NCBI RefSeq assembly: GCF_036365525.1
Contig: NC_090399.1
Location: 66,272,862 to 66,336,861 of the forward strand
Direction: 5' to 3'
Length of the DNA: 64,000 nt
Source of the DNA: Heterodontus francisci
Lineage: Eukaryota
The first letter of the stretch is position 1; each line of letters starts with the position of its first letter. Both the position numbers and the translations under genes were made by a program. The notes under the pieces are model-generated. The model searched no databases and had not been told where the DNA came from. It was given only the letters and a program-made list of their open reading frames with translations. Below, one piece after another: positions 1 through 13,600 of this stretch.

Positions 1-3000
1 TTCCCTCGCTCTCAGTTCCCCCCTCACTCGTTCACTCACTCTCAGTTCCCCCCTCACTCGTTCGCTCACTCTCAGTTCCCCCTCACTCGTTCGCTGACTC
101 TCAGTTCCCCCCTCACTCGTTCGCTCACTCTCAGTTCCCCCCTCACTCGTTCGCTCACTCTCAGTTCCCCCCTCACTCGTTCGCTCACTCTCAGTTCCCC
201 CCTCACTCGTTCGCTCACTCTCAGTTCCCCCCTCACTCGTTCGCTCACTCTCAGTTCCCACCTCACTCGTTCGCTCACTCTCACTTCCCCCGTCACTGGT
301 TCACTCGCACTCAGTTCCCCCCTGACTCTCTCACTCACTCTCAGTTCCCCCCTCATTCATTCACTCACTCTCCGTTCCCCCCTCATTCATTCACTCACTC
401 TCAGTTCCCCCCTCACTCGTACACCCGCTCTCAGTTCCCCCCTCGCTCGTTCTCTCGCTCTCAGTTCCCCCCTCGCTCGTTCCCTCGCTCTCAGTTCCCC
501 CCTCGCTCTCAGTTCCCCCCCTCGCTCGTTCCCTCGCTCTCAGTTCCCCCCTCACTCGTTCCCTCGCTCTCAGTTCCCCCCTCACTCGTTCCCTCGCTCT
601 CAGTTCCCCCCTCACTCGTTCCCTCGCTCTCAGTTCCCCCCTCACTCGTTCCCTCGCTCTCAGTTCCCCCCTCACTCGTTCCCTCGCTCTCAGTTCCCCC
701 CTCACTCGTTCCCTCGCTCTCAGTTCCCCCCTCACTCGTTCCCTCGCTCTCAGTTCCCCCCTCACTCGTTCCCTCGCTCTCAGTTCCCCCCTCACTCGTT
801 CCCTCGCTCTCAGTTCCCCCCTCACTCGTTCCCTCGCTCTCAGTTCCCCCCTCACTCGTTCCCTCGCTCTCAGTTCCCCCCTCACTCGTTCCCTCGCTCT
901 CAGTTCCCCCCTCACTCGTTCCCTCGCTCTCAGTTACCCCCTCACTCGTTCCCTCGCTCTCAGTTACCCCCTCACTCGTTCCCTCGCTCTCAGTTACCCC
1001 CTCACTCGTTCCCTCGCTCTCAGTTCCCCCCTCACTCGTTCCCTCGCTCTCAGTTACCCCCTCACTCGTTCCCTCGCTCTCAGTTACCCCCTCACTCGTC
1101 CCCTCGTTCTCAGTTCCCCCCTCACTCGTTCCCTCGCTCTCAGTTCCCCCCTCACTCGTTCACACACTATCAGTTCCCCCCTCACTCGTTCCCTCGCTCT
1201 CAGTTCCCCCCTCACTCGTTCCCTCGCTCTCAGTTCCCCCCTCACTCGTTCACTCACTATCAGTTCCCCCCTCACTCGTTCCCTCGCTCTCAGTTCCCCC
1301 CTCACTCGTTCGCTCACTCTCAGTTGCCCCCTCACTCGTTCGCTCACTCTCAGTTTCCCCCTCACTCGTTCGCTCACTCTCAGATCCCCCCTCACTCGTT
1401 CGCTCACTCTCAGTTCCCCCCTCACTCGTTCCCTCGCTCTCAGTTCCCCCCTCACTCGTTCCCTCGCTCTCAGTTCCCCCCCTCACTCGTTCCCTCGCTC
1501 TCAGTTCCCCCCCTCACTCGTTCCCTCGCTCTCAGTTCCCCCCTCACTCGTTCCCTCGCTCTCAGTTCCCCCCTCACTCGTTCCCTCGCTCTCAGTTCCC
1601 CCCTCACTCGTTCCCTCGCTCTCAGTTCCCCCCTCACTCGTTCCCTCGCTCTCAGTTCCCTCCTCACTCGTTCCCTCGCTCTCAGTTCCCTCCTCACTCG
1701 TTCCCTCGCACTCAGTTCCCCCCTCACTCGTTCACTCGCTCTCAGATCCCCCCTCACTCGTTCACTCGTTCTCAGATCCCCCCTCACTCGTTCCCTGACT
1801 CTCAGTTCCCCCCTCACTCGTTCCCTGACTCTCAGTTCCCCCCTCACTCGTCCCCCCGCTCAGTTCCCCCCTCACTTGTTCCCTCGCTCTCAGTTACCCC
1901 CTCGCTCGTCCCCTCGCTCTCAGTTCCCCCCTCGCTCTCAGTTCCCCCCTCGCTCGTCCCCTCGCTCTCAGTTCCCCCCTCGCTCTCAGTTCCCCCCTCG
2001 CTCTCAGTTCCCCCCTCGCTCGTTCCCTCGCTCTCAGTTCCCCCCTCACTCGTTCCCTTGCTCTCAGTTCCCCCCTCACTCGTTCCCTCGCTCTCAGTTC
2101 CCCCCTCACTCGTTCCCTCGCTCTCAGTTCCCCCCTCACTCGTTCCCTCGCTCTCAGTTCCCCCCTCACTCGTTCCCTCGCTCTCAGTTCCCCCCTCACT
2201 CGTTCACTCGCTCTCAGTTCCCCCCTCACTTGTCCCCTCGCTCTCAGTTCCCCCCTCACTCGATCCCTCGCTCTCAGTTCCCCCCTCACTCGTTCCCTCG
2301 CTCTCAGTTCCCCCCTCACTCGTTCCCTCGCTCTCAGTTCCCCCCTCACTCGTTCCCTCGCTCTCAGTTCCCCCCTCACTCGTTCCCTCGCTCTCAGTTC
2401 CCCCCTCACCTGTTCTGTCGCTCACAGTTCCCCCTCACTCGTCCCCTTGCTCTCAGTTCCCCCCTCACTCGTTCCCTCGCTCTCAGTTCCCTCCTCACTC
2501 GTTCCCTCGCACTCAGTTCCCCCCTCACTCGTTCACTCGCTCTCAGATCCCCCCTCACTCGTTCACTCGTTCTCAGATCCCCCCTCACTCGTTCCCTGAC
2601 TCTCAGTTCCCCCCTCACTCGTTCCCTGACTCTCAGTTCCCCCCTCACTCGTCCCCCCGCTCAGTTCCCCCCTCACTTGTTCCCTCGCTCTCAGTTACCC
2701 CCTCGCTCGTCCCCTCGCTCTCAGTTCCCCCCTCGCTCTCAGTTCCCCCCTCGCTCGTCCCCTCGCTCTCAGTTCCCCCCTCGCTCTCAGTTCCCCCCTC
2801 GCTCTCAGTTCCCCCCTCGCTCGTTCCCTCGCTCTCAGTTCCCCCCTCACTCGTTCCCTTGCTCTCAGTTCCCCCCTCACTCGTTCCCTCGCTCTCAGTT
2901 CCCCCCTCACTCGTTCCCTCGCTCTCAGTTCCCCCCTCACTCGTTCACTCGCTCTCAGTTCCCCCCTCACTCGTCCCCTCGCTCTCAGTTCCCCCCGCAC

Positions 3001-4600
3001 TCGTCCCCTCGCTCTCAGTTCCCCCCTCACTCGATCCCTCGCTCTCAGTTCCCCCCTCACTCGTTCCCTCGCTCTCAGTTCCCCCCTCACTCGTTCCCTC
3101 GCTCTCAGTTCCCCCCTCACTCGTTCCCTCGCTCTCAGTTCCCCCCTCACTCGTTCCCTCGCTCTCAGTTCCCCCCTCACCTGTTCTGTCGCTCACAGTT
3201 CCCCCTCACTCGTCCCCTTGCTCTCAGTTCCCCCCTCACTCGTTCCCTCGCTCTTAGTTCCCCCCTCACTCGTTCCCTCACTCTCAGTTCCCCCCTCACT
3301 CGTTCACACACTATCAGTTCCCCCCTCACTCGTTCCCTCGCTCTCAGTTCCCCCCTCACTCGTTCACTCACTCTCAGTTCCCCCCTCACTCGTTCACTCA
3401 CTCTCAGTTCCCCCTCACTCGTTCGCTGACTCTCAGTTCCCCCCTCACTCGTTCGCTCACTCTCAGTTCCCCCCTCACTCGTTCGCTCACTCTCAGTTCC
3501 CCCCTCACTCGTTCGCTCACTCTCAGTTCCCCCCTCACTCGTTCGCTCACTCTCAGTTCCCCCCTCACTCGTTCGCTCACTCTCAGTTCCCCCCTCACTC
3601 GTTCGCTCACTCTCAGTTCCCACCTCACTCGTTCGCTCACTCTCACTTCCCCCGTCACTGGTTCACTCGCACTCAGTTCCCCCCTGACTCTCTCACTCAC
3701 TCTCAGTTCCCCCCTCATTCATTCACTCACTCTCCGTTCCCCCCTCATTCATTCACTCACTCTCAGTTCCCCCCTCACTCGTACACCCGCTCTCAGTTCC
3801 CCCCTCGCTCGTTCTCTCGCTCTCAGTTCCCCCCTCGCTCGTTCCCTCGCTCTCAGTTCCCCCCTCGCTCTCAGTTCCCCCCCTCGCTCGTTCCCTCGCT
3901 CTCAGTTCCCCCCTCACTCGTTCCCTCGCTCTCAGTTCCCCCCTCACTCGTTCCCTCGCTCTCAGTTCCCCCCTCACTCGTTCCCTCGCTCTCAGTTCCC
4001 CCCTCACTCGTTCCCTCGCTCTCAGTTCCCCCCTCACTCGTTCCCTCGCTCTCAGTTCCCCCCTCACTCGTTCCCTCGCTCTCAGTTCCCCCCTCACTCG
4101 TTCCCTCGCTCTCAGTTCCCCCCTCACTCGTTCCCTCGCTCTCAGTTCCCCCCTCACTCGTTCCCTCGCTCTCAGTTCCCCCCTCACTCGTTCCCTCGCT
4201 CTCAGTTCCCCCCTCACTCGTTCCCTCGCTCTCAGTTACCCCCTCACTCGTTCCCTCGCTCTCAGTTACCCCCTCACTCGTTCCCTCGCTCTCAGTTACC
4301 CCCTCACTCGTTCCCTCGCTCTCAGTTCCCCCCTCACTCGTTCCCTCGCTCTCAGTTACCCCCTCACTCGTTCCCTCGCTCTCAGTTACCCCCTCACTCG
4401 TCCCCTCGTTCTCAGTTCCCCCCTCACTCGTTCCCTCGCTCTCAGTTCCCCCCTCACTCGTTCACACACTATCAGTTCCCCCCTCACTCGTTCCCTCGCT
4501 CTCAGTTCCCCCCTCACTCGTTCCCTCGCTCTCAGTTCCCCCCTCACTCGTTCACTCACTAAAAGTTCCCCCCTCACTCGTTCCCTCGCTCTCAGTTCCC
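1..4600 (+). repeat. ~3.3-kb-offset segmental duplication (1-~1290 repeated at ~3330-4600); partial third copy of the marker block at ~4650-5030
   Basis: Rare variants recur in order: GCTGAC (93/3425), TCACTTCCCCCGTCACTGGT (281/3643/4771), TCCGTTCCCC (371/3733/4861), GTACACCCGC (~419/3781/~4909) and the same CAGTTACCCC pattern. Offsets are 3302-3362 and differ by whole monomers. Confidence 0.9.
1681..3250 (+). repeat. ~0.8-kb tandem duplication (1681-2480 / 2482-3250)
   Basis: Paired CAGATCC monomers, paired CCCTGACT monomers, GTCCCCCCGCTCAG, the 18-bp short monomers and CCTGTTCTGTCGCTCACAG repeat at offset 801 (771 at the end, one monomer fewer). Confidence 0.92.
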
Positions 4601-7600
4601 CCTCACTCGTTCCCTCGCTCTCAGTTACCCCCTCACTCGTTCACTCACTCTCAGTTCCCCCCTCACTCGTTCGCTCACTCTCAGTTCCCCCCTCACTCGT
4701 TCGCTCACTCTCAGTTCCCACCTCACTCGTTCGCTCACTCTCAGTTCCCACCTCACTCGTTCGCTCACTCTCACTTCCCCCGTCACTGGTTCACTCGCAC
4801 TCAGTTCCCCCCTGACTCTCTCACTCACTCTCAGTTCCCCCCTCATTCATTCACTCACTCTCCGTTCCCCCCTCATTCATTCACTCACTCTCAGTTCCCC
4901 CCTCACTCGTACACCCGCTCTCAGTTCCCCCCTCGCTCGTTCTCTCGCTCTCAGTTCCCCCCTCGCTCGTTCCCTCGCTCTCAGTTCCCCCCTCGCTCTC
5001 AGTTCCCCCCCTCGCTCGTTCCCTCGCTCTCAGTTCCCCCCTCACTCGTTCCCTCACTCTCAGTTCCCCCCTCACTCGTTCACACACTATCAGTTCCCCC
5101 CTCACTCGTTCCCTCGCTCTCAGTTCCCCCCTCACTCGTTCCCTCGCTCTCAGTTCCCCCCTCACTCGTTCACTCACTATCAGTTCCCCCCTCACTCGTT
5201 CCCTCGCTCTCAGTTCCCCCTCACTCGTTCACTCGCTCTCAGTTCCCCCCTCACTCGTTCACTCACTCTCAGTTCCCCCCTCACTCGTTCACTCACTCTC
5301 AGTTCCCCCCTCACTCGTTCACTCACTCTCAGTTCCCCCCTCACTCGTTCACTCACTATCAGTTCCCCCCTCACTCGTTCCCTCGCTCTCAGTTCCCCCC
5401 TCACTCGTTCGCTCACTCTCAGTTGCCCCCTCACTCGTTCGCTCACTCTCAGTTTCCCCCTCACTCGTTCGCTCACTCTCAGATCCCCCCTCACTCGTTC
5501 GCTCACTCTCAGTTCCCCCCTCACTCGTTCCCTCGCTCTCAGTTCCCCCCTCACTCGTTCCCTCGCTCTCAGTTCCCCCCCTCACTCGTTCCCTCGCTCT
5601 CAGTTCCCCCCTCACTCGTTCCCTCGCTCTCAGTTCCCCCCTCACTCGTTACCTCGCTCTCAGTTCCCCCCTCACTCGTTCCCTCGCTCTCAGTTCCCCC
5701 CTCACTCGTTCCCTCGCTCTCAGTTCCCCCCTCACTCGTTCCCTCGCACTCAGTTCCCCCCTCACTCGTTCACTCGCTCTCAGATCCCCCCTCACTCGTT
5801 CACTCGTTCTCAGATCCCCCCTCACTCGTTCCCTGACTCTCAGTTCCCCCCTCACTCGTTCCCTGACTCTCAGTTCCCCCCTCACTCGTCCCCCCGCTCA
5901 GTTCCCCCCTCACTTGTTCCCTCGCTCTCAGTTACCCCCTCGCTCGTCCCCTCGCTCTCAGTTCCCCCCTCGCTCTCAGTTCCCCCCTCGCTCGTCCCCT
6001 CGCTCTCAGTTCCCCCCTCGCTCTCAGTTCCCCCCTCGCTCGTTCCCTCGCTCTCAGTTCCCCCCTCACTCGTTCCCTTGCTCTCAGTTCCCCCCTCACT
6101 CGTTCCCTCGCTCTCAGTTCCCCCCTCACTCGTTCCCTCGCTCTCAGTTCCCCCCTCACTCGTTCACTCGCTCTCAGTTCCCCCCTCACTCGTCCCCTCG
6201 CTCTCAGTTCCCCCCTCACTCGATCCCTCGCTCTCAGTTCCCCCCTCACTCGTTCCCTCGCTCTCAGTTCCCCCCTCACTCGTTCCCTCGCTCTCAGTTC
6301 CCCCCTCACTCGTTCCCTCGCTCTCAGTTCCCCCCTCACCTGTTCTGTCGCTCACAGTTCCCCCTCACTCGTCCCCTTGCTCTCAGTTCCCCCCACACTC
6401 GTTCCCTCGCTCTTAGTTCCCCCCTCACTCGTTCCCTCGCTCTCAGTTCCCCCCTCACTCGTTCCCTCGCTCTCAGTTCCCCCCTCACTCGTTCCCTCGC
6501 TCTCAGTTCCCCCCTCACTCGTTCACTCGCTCTCAGTTCCCCCCTCACTCGTTCACTCGCTCTCAGTTCCCCCCTCACTCGTTCACTCGCTCTCAGTTCC
6601 CCCCTCACTCGTTCACTCGCTCTCAGTTCCCCCCTCACTCGTTCACTCGCTCTCAGTTCCCCCCTCACTCGTTCACTCGCTCTCAGTTCCCCCCTCACTC
6701 GTTCACTCGCTCTCAGTTCCCCCCTCACTCGTTCACACTCTCTCAGTTCCCCCCTCACTCGTTCCCTCGCTCTCAGTTCCCCCCTCACTCGTTCACACGC
6801 TCTCAGTACCCCCCTCACTCGTTCCCTCGCTCTCAGTTCCCCCCTCACTCGTTCACACGCTCTCAGTTCCCCCCTCACTCGTTCCCTCGCTCTCAGTTCC
6901 CCCCTCACTCGTTCACACGCTCTCAGTTCCCCCCTCACTCGTTCACTCGCTCTCAGTTCCCCCCTCACTCGTCCCCTCGCTCTCAGTTCCCCCCTCACTC
7001 GTTCACTCGCTCTCAGTTCCCCCCTCACTCGTCCCCTCGCTCTCAGTTCCCCCCTCACTCGTCCCCTCGCTCTCAGTTCCCCCCTCACTCTCAGTTCCCC
7101 CCTCACTCGTTCCCTCGCTCTCAGTTCCCCCCTCACTCGTTCCCTCGCTCTCAGTTCCCCCCTCACTCGTTCACTCACTCTCAGTTCCCCCGTCACTCGT
7201 TCCCTCGCTCTCAGTTCCCCCCTCACTCGTCCCCTCGTTCTCGATTCCCCCCTCACTCGTTCACTCACTATCAGTTCCCCCCTCACTCGTTCCCTCGCTC
7301 TCAGTTCCCCCCTCACTCGTTCCCTCGCTCTCAGTTCCCCCCTCACTCGTTCCCTCGCTCTCAGTTCCCCCCTCACTCGTTCACTCGCTCTCAGTTCCCC
7401 CCTCACTCGTTCACTCGCTATCAGTTCCCCCCTCACTCGTTCCCTCGCTATCAGTTCCCCCCTCACTCGTTCCCTCGCTCTCAGTTCCCCCTCACTCGTT
7501 CCCTCGCTCTCAGTTACCCCCTCACTCGTTCACTCACTCTCAGTTCCCCCCTCACTCGTTCACTCACTCTCAGTTCCCCCCTCACTCGTTCACTCACTCT

Positions 7601-10600
7601 CAGTTCCCCCCTCACTCGTTCCCTCGCTCTCAGTTCCCCCCTCACTCGTTCACTCACTCTCAGTTCCCCCGTCACTCGTTCCCTCGCTCTCAGTTCCCCC
7701 CTCACTCGTCCCCTCGTTCTCGATTCCCCCCTCACTCTCAGTTCCCCCCTCACTCGTTCCCTCACTCTCAGTTCCCCCCTCACTCGTTCACTCACTCTCA
7801 GTTCCCCCCTCACTCGTTCGCTCACTCTCAGTTCCCCCCTCACTCGTTCGCTCACTCTCAGTTCCCCCCTCACTCGTTCGCTCACTCTCAGTTCCCCCCT
7901 CACTCGTTCGCTCACTCTCAGTTCCCCCCTCACTCGTTCGCTCACTCTCAGTTCCCCCCTCACTCGTTCGCTCACTCTCAGTTCCCCCCTCACTCGTTCG
8001 CTCGCTCTCAGTTCCCCCCTCACTCGTTCCGTCGCTCTCAGTTCCCCCACACTCGTCCCCTCGCTCTCAGTTCCCCCCTCACTCACTCACTCGCTCTCAG
8101 TTCTCCCCTCACCTGTTCCGTCGCTCTCAGTTCCCCCACACTCGTCCCCTCGCTCTCAGTTCCCCCCTCACTCGTTCCCTCGCTCTCAGTTCCCCCCTCA
8201 CTCGTTCACTTCGCTCTCAGTTCCCCCGTCACTCGTCCCCTCGCTCTCAGTTCCCCCCTCACTCGATCCCTCGCTCTCAGTTCCCCCCTCACTCGTTCAC
8301 TCGCTCTCAGTTCCCCCGTCACTCGTCCCCTCGCTCTCAGTTCCCCCCTCACTCGTTCCCTCGCTCTCAGTTCCCCCCTCGCTCGTTCCCTCGCTCTCAG
8401 TTCCCCCCTCGCTCGTTCCCTCGCTCTCAGTTCCCCCCTCGCTCGTTCACTCGCTCTCAGTTCCCCCCTCGCTCGTTCACTCGCTCTCAGTTCCCCCCTC
8501 ACTCGTTCCCTCGCTCTCAGTTCCCCCCTCACTCGTTCACTCGCTCTCAGTTCCCCCCTCACTCGTTCACTCACTATCAGTTCCCCCCTCACTCGTTCCC
8601 TCGCTCTCAGTTCCCCCCTCGCTCGTTCACTCGCTCTCAGTTCCCCCCTCACTCGTTCACTCGCTCTCAGTTCCCCCCTCACTCGTTCACTCGCTCTCAG
8701 TTCCCCCCTCACTCGTTCACTCGCTCTCAGTTCCCCCCTCACTCGTTCACACGCTCTCAGTTCCCCCCTCACTCGTTCACACGCTCTCAGTTCCCCCCTC
8801 ACTCGTTCCCTCGCTCTCAGTTCCCCCCTCACTCGTTCACAGGCTCTCAGTTCCCCCCTCACTCGTTCCCTCGCTCTCAGTTCCCCCCTCACTCGTTCAC
8901 ACGCTCTCAGTTCCCCCCTCACTCGTTCCCTCGCTCTCAGTTCCCCCCTCACTCGTTCACACGCTCTCAGTTCCCCCCTCACCCGTTCACACGCACTTAG
9001 TTCCCCCCTCACATGTTCACTCGCTCTCAGTTCCCCCCTCACTCGTCCCCTCGCTCTCAGTTCCCCCCTCACTCGTTCACTCGCTCTCAGTTCCCCCCTC
9101 ACTCGTTCACTCGCTCTCAGTTCCCCCCTCACTCGTTCACTCGCTCTCAGTTCCCCCCTCACTCGTTCACTCGCTCTCAGTTCCCCCCTCACTCGTTCAC
9201 TCGCTCTCAGTTCCCCCCTCACTCGTCCCCTCGCTCTCAGTTCCCCCCTCACTCGTCCCCTCGCTCTCAGTTCCCCCCTCACTCGTCCCCTCGCTCTCAG
9301 TTCCCCCCTCACTCGTCCCCTCGCTCTCAGTTCCCCCCTCACTCGTCCCCTCGCTCTCAGTTCCCCCCTCACTCGTTCCCTCGCTCTCAGTTCCCCCCTC
9401 ACTCGTTCCCTCGCTCTCAGTTCCCCCCTCACTCGTTCACTCGCTCTCAGTTCCCCCGTCACTCGTCCCCTCGCTCTCAGTTCCCCCCTCACTCGATCCC
9501 TCGCTCTCAGTTACCCCCTCACTCGTTCCCTCGCTCTCAGTTCCCCCCTCACTCGTTCCCTCGCTCTCAGTTCCCCCCTCACTCGTTCCCTCGCTCTCAG
9601 TTCCCCCCTCACTTGTTCCCTCGCTCTTAGTTCCCCCCTCACCCGTTCACACGCACTTAGTTCCCCCCTCACATGTTCACTCGCTCTCAGTTCCCCCCTC
9701 ACTCGTCCCCTCGCTCTCATTTCACCCCTCACTCGTTCCCTCGCTCTCATTTCACCCCTCACTCGTCCCCTCGCTCTCAGTTCCCCCCTCACTCGTCCCC
9801 TCGCTCTCAGTTCCCCCCTCACTCGTTCCCTCGCTCTCAGTTCCCCCCTCACTCGTTCACACACTATCAGTTCCCCCCTCACTCGTTCCCTCGCTCTCAG
9901 TTCCTCGCTCACTCTCAGTTCCCCCCTCACTCGTTCGCTCACTCTCAGTTCCCCCCTCACTCGTACGCTCACTCTCAGTTCCCACCTCACTCGTTCGCTG
10001 ACTCTCAGTTCCCACCTCACTCGTTCGCTCACTCTCAGTTCCCACCTCACTCGTTCGCTCACTCTCAGTTCCCCCCTGACTCGCTCACTCACTCTCAGTT
10101 CCCCCCTCACTCGTTCGCTCGCTCTCAGTTCCCCCCTCACTCGTTCGCTCACTCTCAGTTCCCCCCTGACTCGCTCACTCACTCTCAGTTCCCACCTCAC
10201 TCGTTCGCTCACTCTCAGTTCCCCCCTGACTCGCTCACTCACTCTCAGTTCCCCCCTCATTCATTCACTCACTCTCAGTTCCCCCCTCACTCGTTCACTC
10301 GCTCTCAGTTCCCCCCTCACTCGTTCACTCGCTCTCAGTTCCCCCCTCACTCGTTCACCCGCTCTCAGTTCCCCCCTCGCTCGTTCTCTCGCTCTCAGTT
10401 CCCCCCTCGCTCGTTCCCTCGCTCTCAGTTCCCCCCTCGCTCATCCCCTCGCTCTCAGTTCCCCCCTCGCTCTCAGTTCCCCCCTCACTCGTTCCCTCGC
10501 TCTCAGTTCCCCCCTCACTCGTTCACCCGCTCTCAGTTCCCCCCTCGCTCGTTCTCTCGCTCTCAGTTCCCCCCTCGCTCGTTCCCTCGCTCTCAGTTCC

Positions 10601-13600
10601 CCCCTCGCTCATCCCCTCGCTCTCAGTTCCCCCCTCGCTCTCAGTTCCCCCCTCACTCGTTCCCTCGCTCTCAGTTCCCCCCTCACTCGTTCCCTCGCTC
10701 TCAGTTCCCCCCTCACTCGTTCCCTCGCTCTCAGTTACCCCCTCACTCGTTCCCTCGCTCTCAGTTCCCCCCTCACTCGTTCCCTCGCTCTCAGTTCCCC
10801 CCTCACTCGTTCCCTCGCTCTCAGTTCCCCCCTCACTCGTTCCCTCGCTCTCAGTTCCCCCCCTCACTCGTTCCCTCGCTCTCAGTTCCCCCCTCACTCG
10901 TTCCCTCGCTCTCAGTTCCCCCCTCACTCGTTCCCTCGCTCTCAGTTCCCCCCTCACTCGTTCCCTCGCTCTCAGTTCCCTCCTCACTCGTTCCCTCGCA
11001 CTCAGTTCCCCCCTCACTCGTTCACTCGCTCTCAGATCCCCCCTCACTCGTTCACTCGTTCTCAGATCCCCCCTCACTCGTTCCCTGACTCTCAGTTCCC
11101 CCCTCACTCGTTCCCTGACTCTCAGTTTCCCCCTCACTCGTCCCCCCGCTCAGTTCCCCCCTCACTTGTTCCCTCGCTCTCAGTTACCCCCTCGCTCTCA
11201 GTTCCCCCCTCGCTCTCAGTTCCCCCCTCGCTCGTCCCCTCGCTCTCAGTTCCCCCCTCGCTCTCAGTTCCCCCCTCGCTCTCAGTTCCCCCCTCGCTCG
11301 TTCCCTCGCTCTCAGTTCCCCCCTCACTCGTTCCCTCGCTCTCAGTTCCCCCCACACTCGTTCCCTCGCTCTCAGTTCCCCCCTCACTCGTTCCCTCGCT
11401 CTCAGTTCCCCCCTCACTCGTTCCCTCGCTCTCAGTTCCCCCCTCACTCGATCCCTCGCTCTCAGTTCCCCCCTCACTCGATCCTTCGCTCTCAGTTCCC
11501 CCCTCACTCGTTCCCTCGCTCTCAGTTCCCCCCTCACCTGTTCTGTCGCTCACAGTTCCCCCTCACTCGTCCCCTCGCTCTCAGTTCCCCCCTCACTCGT
11601 TCCCTCGCTCTCAGTTCCCCCCTCACTCGATCCTTCGCTCTCAGTTCCCCCCTCACTCGTTCCCTCGCTCTCAGTTCCCCCCTCACTCGTTCCCTCGCTC
11701 TCAGTTCCCCCCTCACTCGTTCCCTCGCTCTCAGTTCCCCCCTCACTCGTTCCCTCGCTCACAGTTCCCCCTCACTCGTCCCCTCGCTCTCAGTTCCCAC
11801 CTCACTCGTTCCCTCGCTCTCAGTTCCCCCCTCACTCGTTCCCTCGCTCTCAGTTCCCCCCTCACTCGTTCACTCGCTCTCAGTTCCCCCCTCACTCGTT
11901 CACTCGCTCTCAGTTCCCCCCTCACTCGTTCACTCGCTCTCAGTTCCCCCCTCACTCGTTCACTCGCTCTCAGTTCCCCCCTCACTCGTTCACTCGCTCT
12001 CAGTTCCCCCCTCACTCGTTCACTCGCTTTCAGTTCCCCCCTCACTCGTTCACTCGCTCTCAGTTCCCCCCTCACTCGTTCACACGCTCTCAGTTCCCCC
12101 CTCACTCGTTCCCTCGCTCTCAGTTCCCCCGCTCTCAGTTCCCCCCTCACTCGTTCACACGTTCTCAGTACCCCCCTCACTCGTTCCCTCGCTCTCAGTT
12201 CCCCCCTCACTCGTTCACTCGCTCTCAGTTCCCCCCTCACTCGTTCACTCGCTCTCAGTTCCCCCCTCACTCGTTCACTCGCTTTCAGTTCCCCCCTCAC
12301 TCGTTCACTCGCTCTCAGTTCCCCCCTCACTCGTTCACACGCTCTCAGTTCCCCCCTCACTCGTTCCCTCGCTCTCAGTTCCCCCGCTCTCAGTTCCCCC
12401 CTCACTCGTTCACACGCTCTCAGTACCCCCCTCACTCGTTCCCTCGCTCTCAGTTCCCCCCTCACTCGTACACACGCTCTCAGTTCCCCCCTCACTCGTT
12501 CCCTCGCTCTCAGTTCCCCCCTCACTCGTTCACACGCTCTCAGTTCCCCCCTCACTCGTTCACTCGCTCTCAGTTCCCCCCTCACTCGTCCCCTCGCTCT
12601 CAGTTCCCCCCTCACTCGTTCACTCGCTCTCAGTTCCCCCCTCACTCGTCCCCTCGCTCTCAGTTCCCCCCTCACTCGTCCCCTCGCTCTCAGTTCCCCC
12701 CTCACTCGTCCCCTCGCTCTCAGTTCCCCCCTCACTCTCAGTTCCCCCCTCACTCGTTCCCTCGCTCTCAGTTCCCCCCTCACTCGTTCCCTCGCTCTCA
12801 GTTCCCCCCTCACTCGTTCCCTCGCTCTCAGTTCCCCCCTCACTCGTTCCCTCGCTCTCAGTTACCCCCTCACTCGTTCCCTCGCTCTCAGTTACCCCCT
12901 CACTCGTTCCCTCGCTCTCAGTTCCCCCCTCACTCGTCCCCTCGTTCTCGATTCCCCCCTCACTCGTTCACTCACTATCAGTTCCCCCCTCACTCGTTCC
13001 CTCGCTCTCAGTTCCCCCCTCACTCGTTCCCTCGCTCTCAGTTCCCCCCTCACTCGTTCACACACTATCAGTTCCCCCCTCACTCGTTCCCTCGCTCTCA
13101 GTTCCCCCCTCACTCGTTCACTCGCTATCAGTTCCCCCCTCACTCGTTCACTCGCTATCAGTTCCCCCCTCACTCGTTCCCTCGCTCTCAGTTCCCCCTC
13201 ACTCGTTCCCTCGCTCTCAGTTCCCCCCTCACTCGTTCACTCACTCTCAGTTCCCCCCTCACTCGTTCACTCACTCTCAGTTCCCCCCTCACTCGTTCAC
13301 TCACTCTCAGTTCCCCCCTCACTCTCAGTTCCCCCCTCACTCTCAGTTCCCCCCTCACTCGTTCGCTCACTCTCAGTTCCCCCCTCACTCGTTCGCTCAC
13401 TCTCAGTTCCCCCCTCACTCGTTCGCTCACTCTCAGTTCCCCCCTCACTCGTTCGCTCACTCTCAGTTCCCCCCTCACTCTCAGTTCCCCCCTCGCTCTC
13501 AGTTCCCCCCTCGCTCTCAGTTCCCCCCTCGCTCTCAGTTCCCCCCTCGCTCATTCCCTTGCTCTCAGTTCCCCCCTCACTCGTTCCCTCGCTCTCAGTT

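Noticed and set aside
121-260. CENP-B box in TTCG-containing variants
   Set aside because: Only TTCG matches. The downstream A and CGGG of NTTCGNNNNANNCGGGN are absent.
541-900. H-DNA triplex or hairpin/terminator structures
   Set aside because: Pyrimidine tracts are interrupted by purines at least every ~10 nt, and the one-sided composition leaves little self-complementarity for stems.
1321-1350. CTCF sites (two CCCTC per monomer; the GTTGCCCCCT variant gives AGGGGGCA on the minus strand)
   Set aside because: CCCTC alone is not the CTCF motif, and the 5' half of the consensus (CCAC/GCC) is not matched. A PWM scan or ChIP would be needed.
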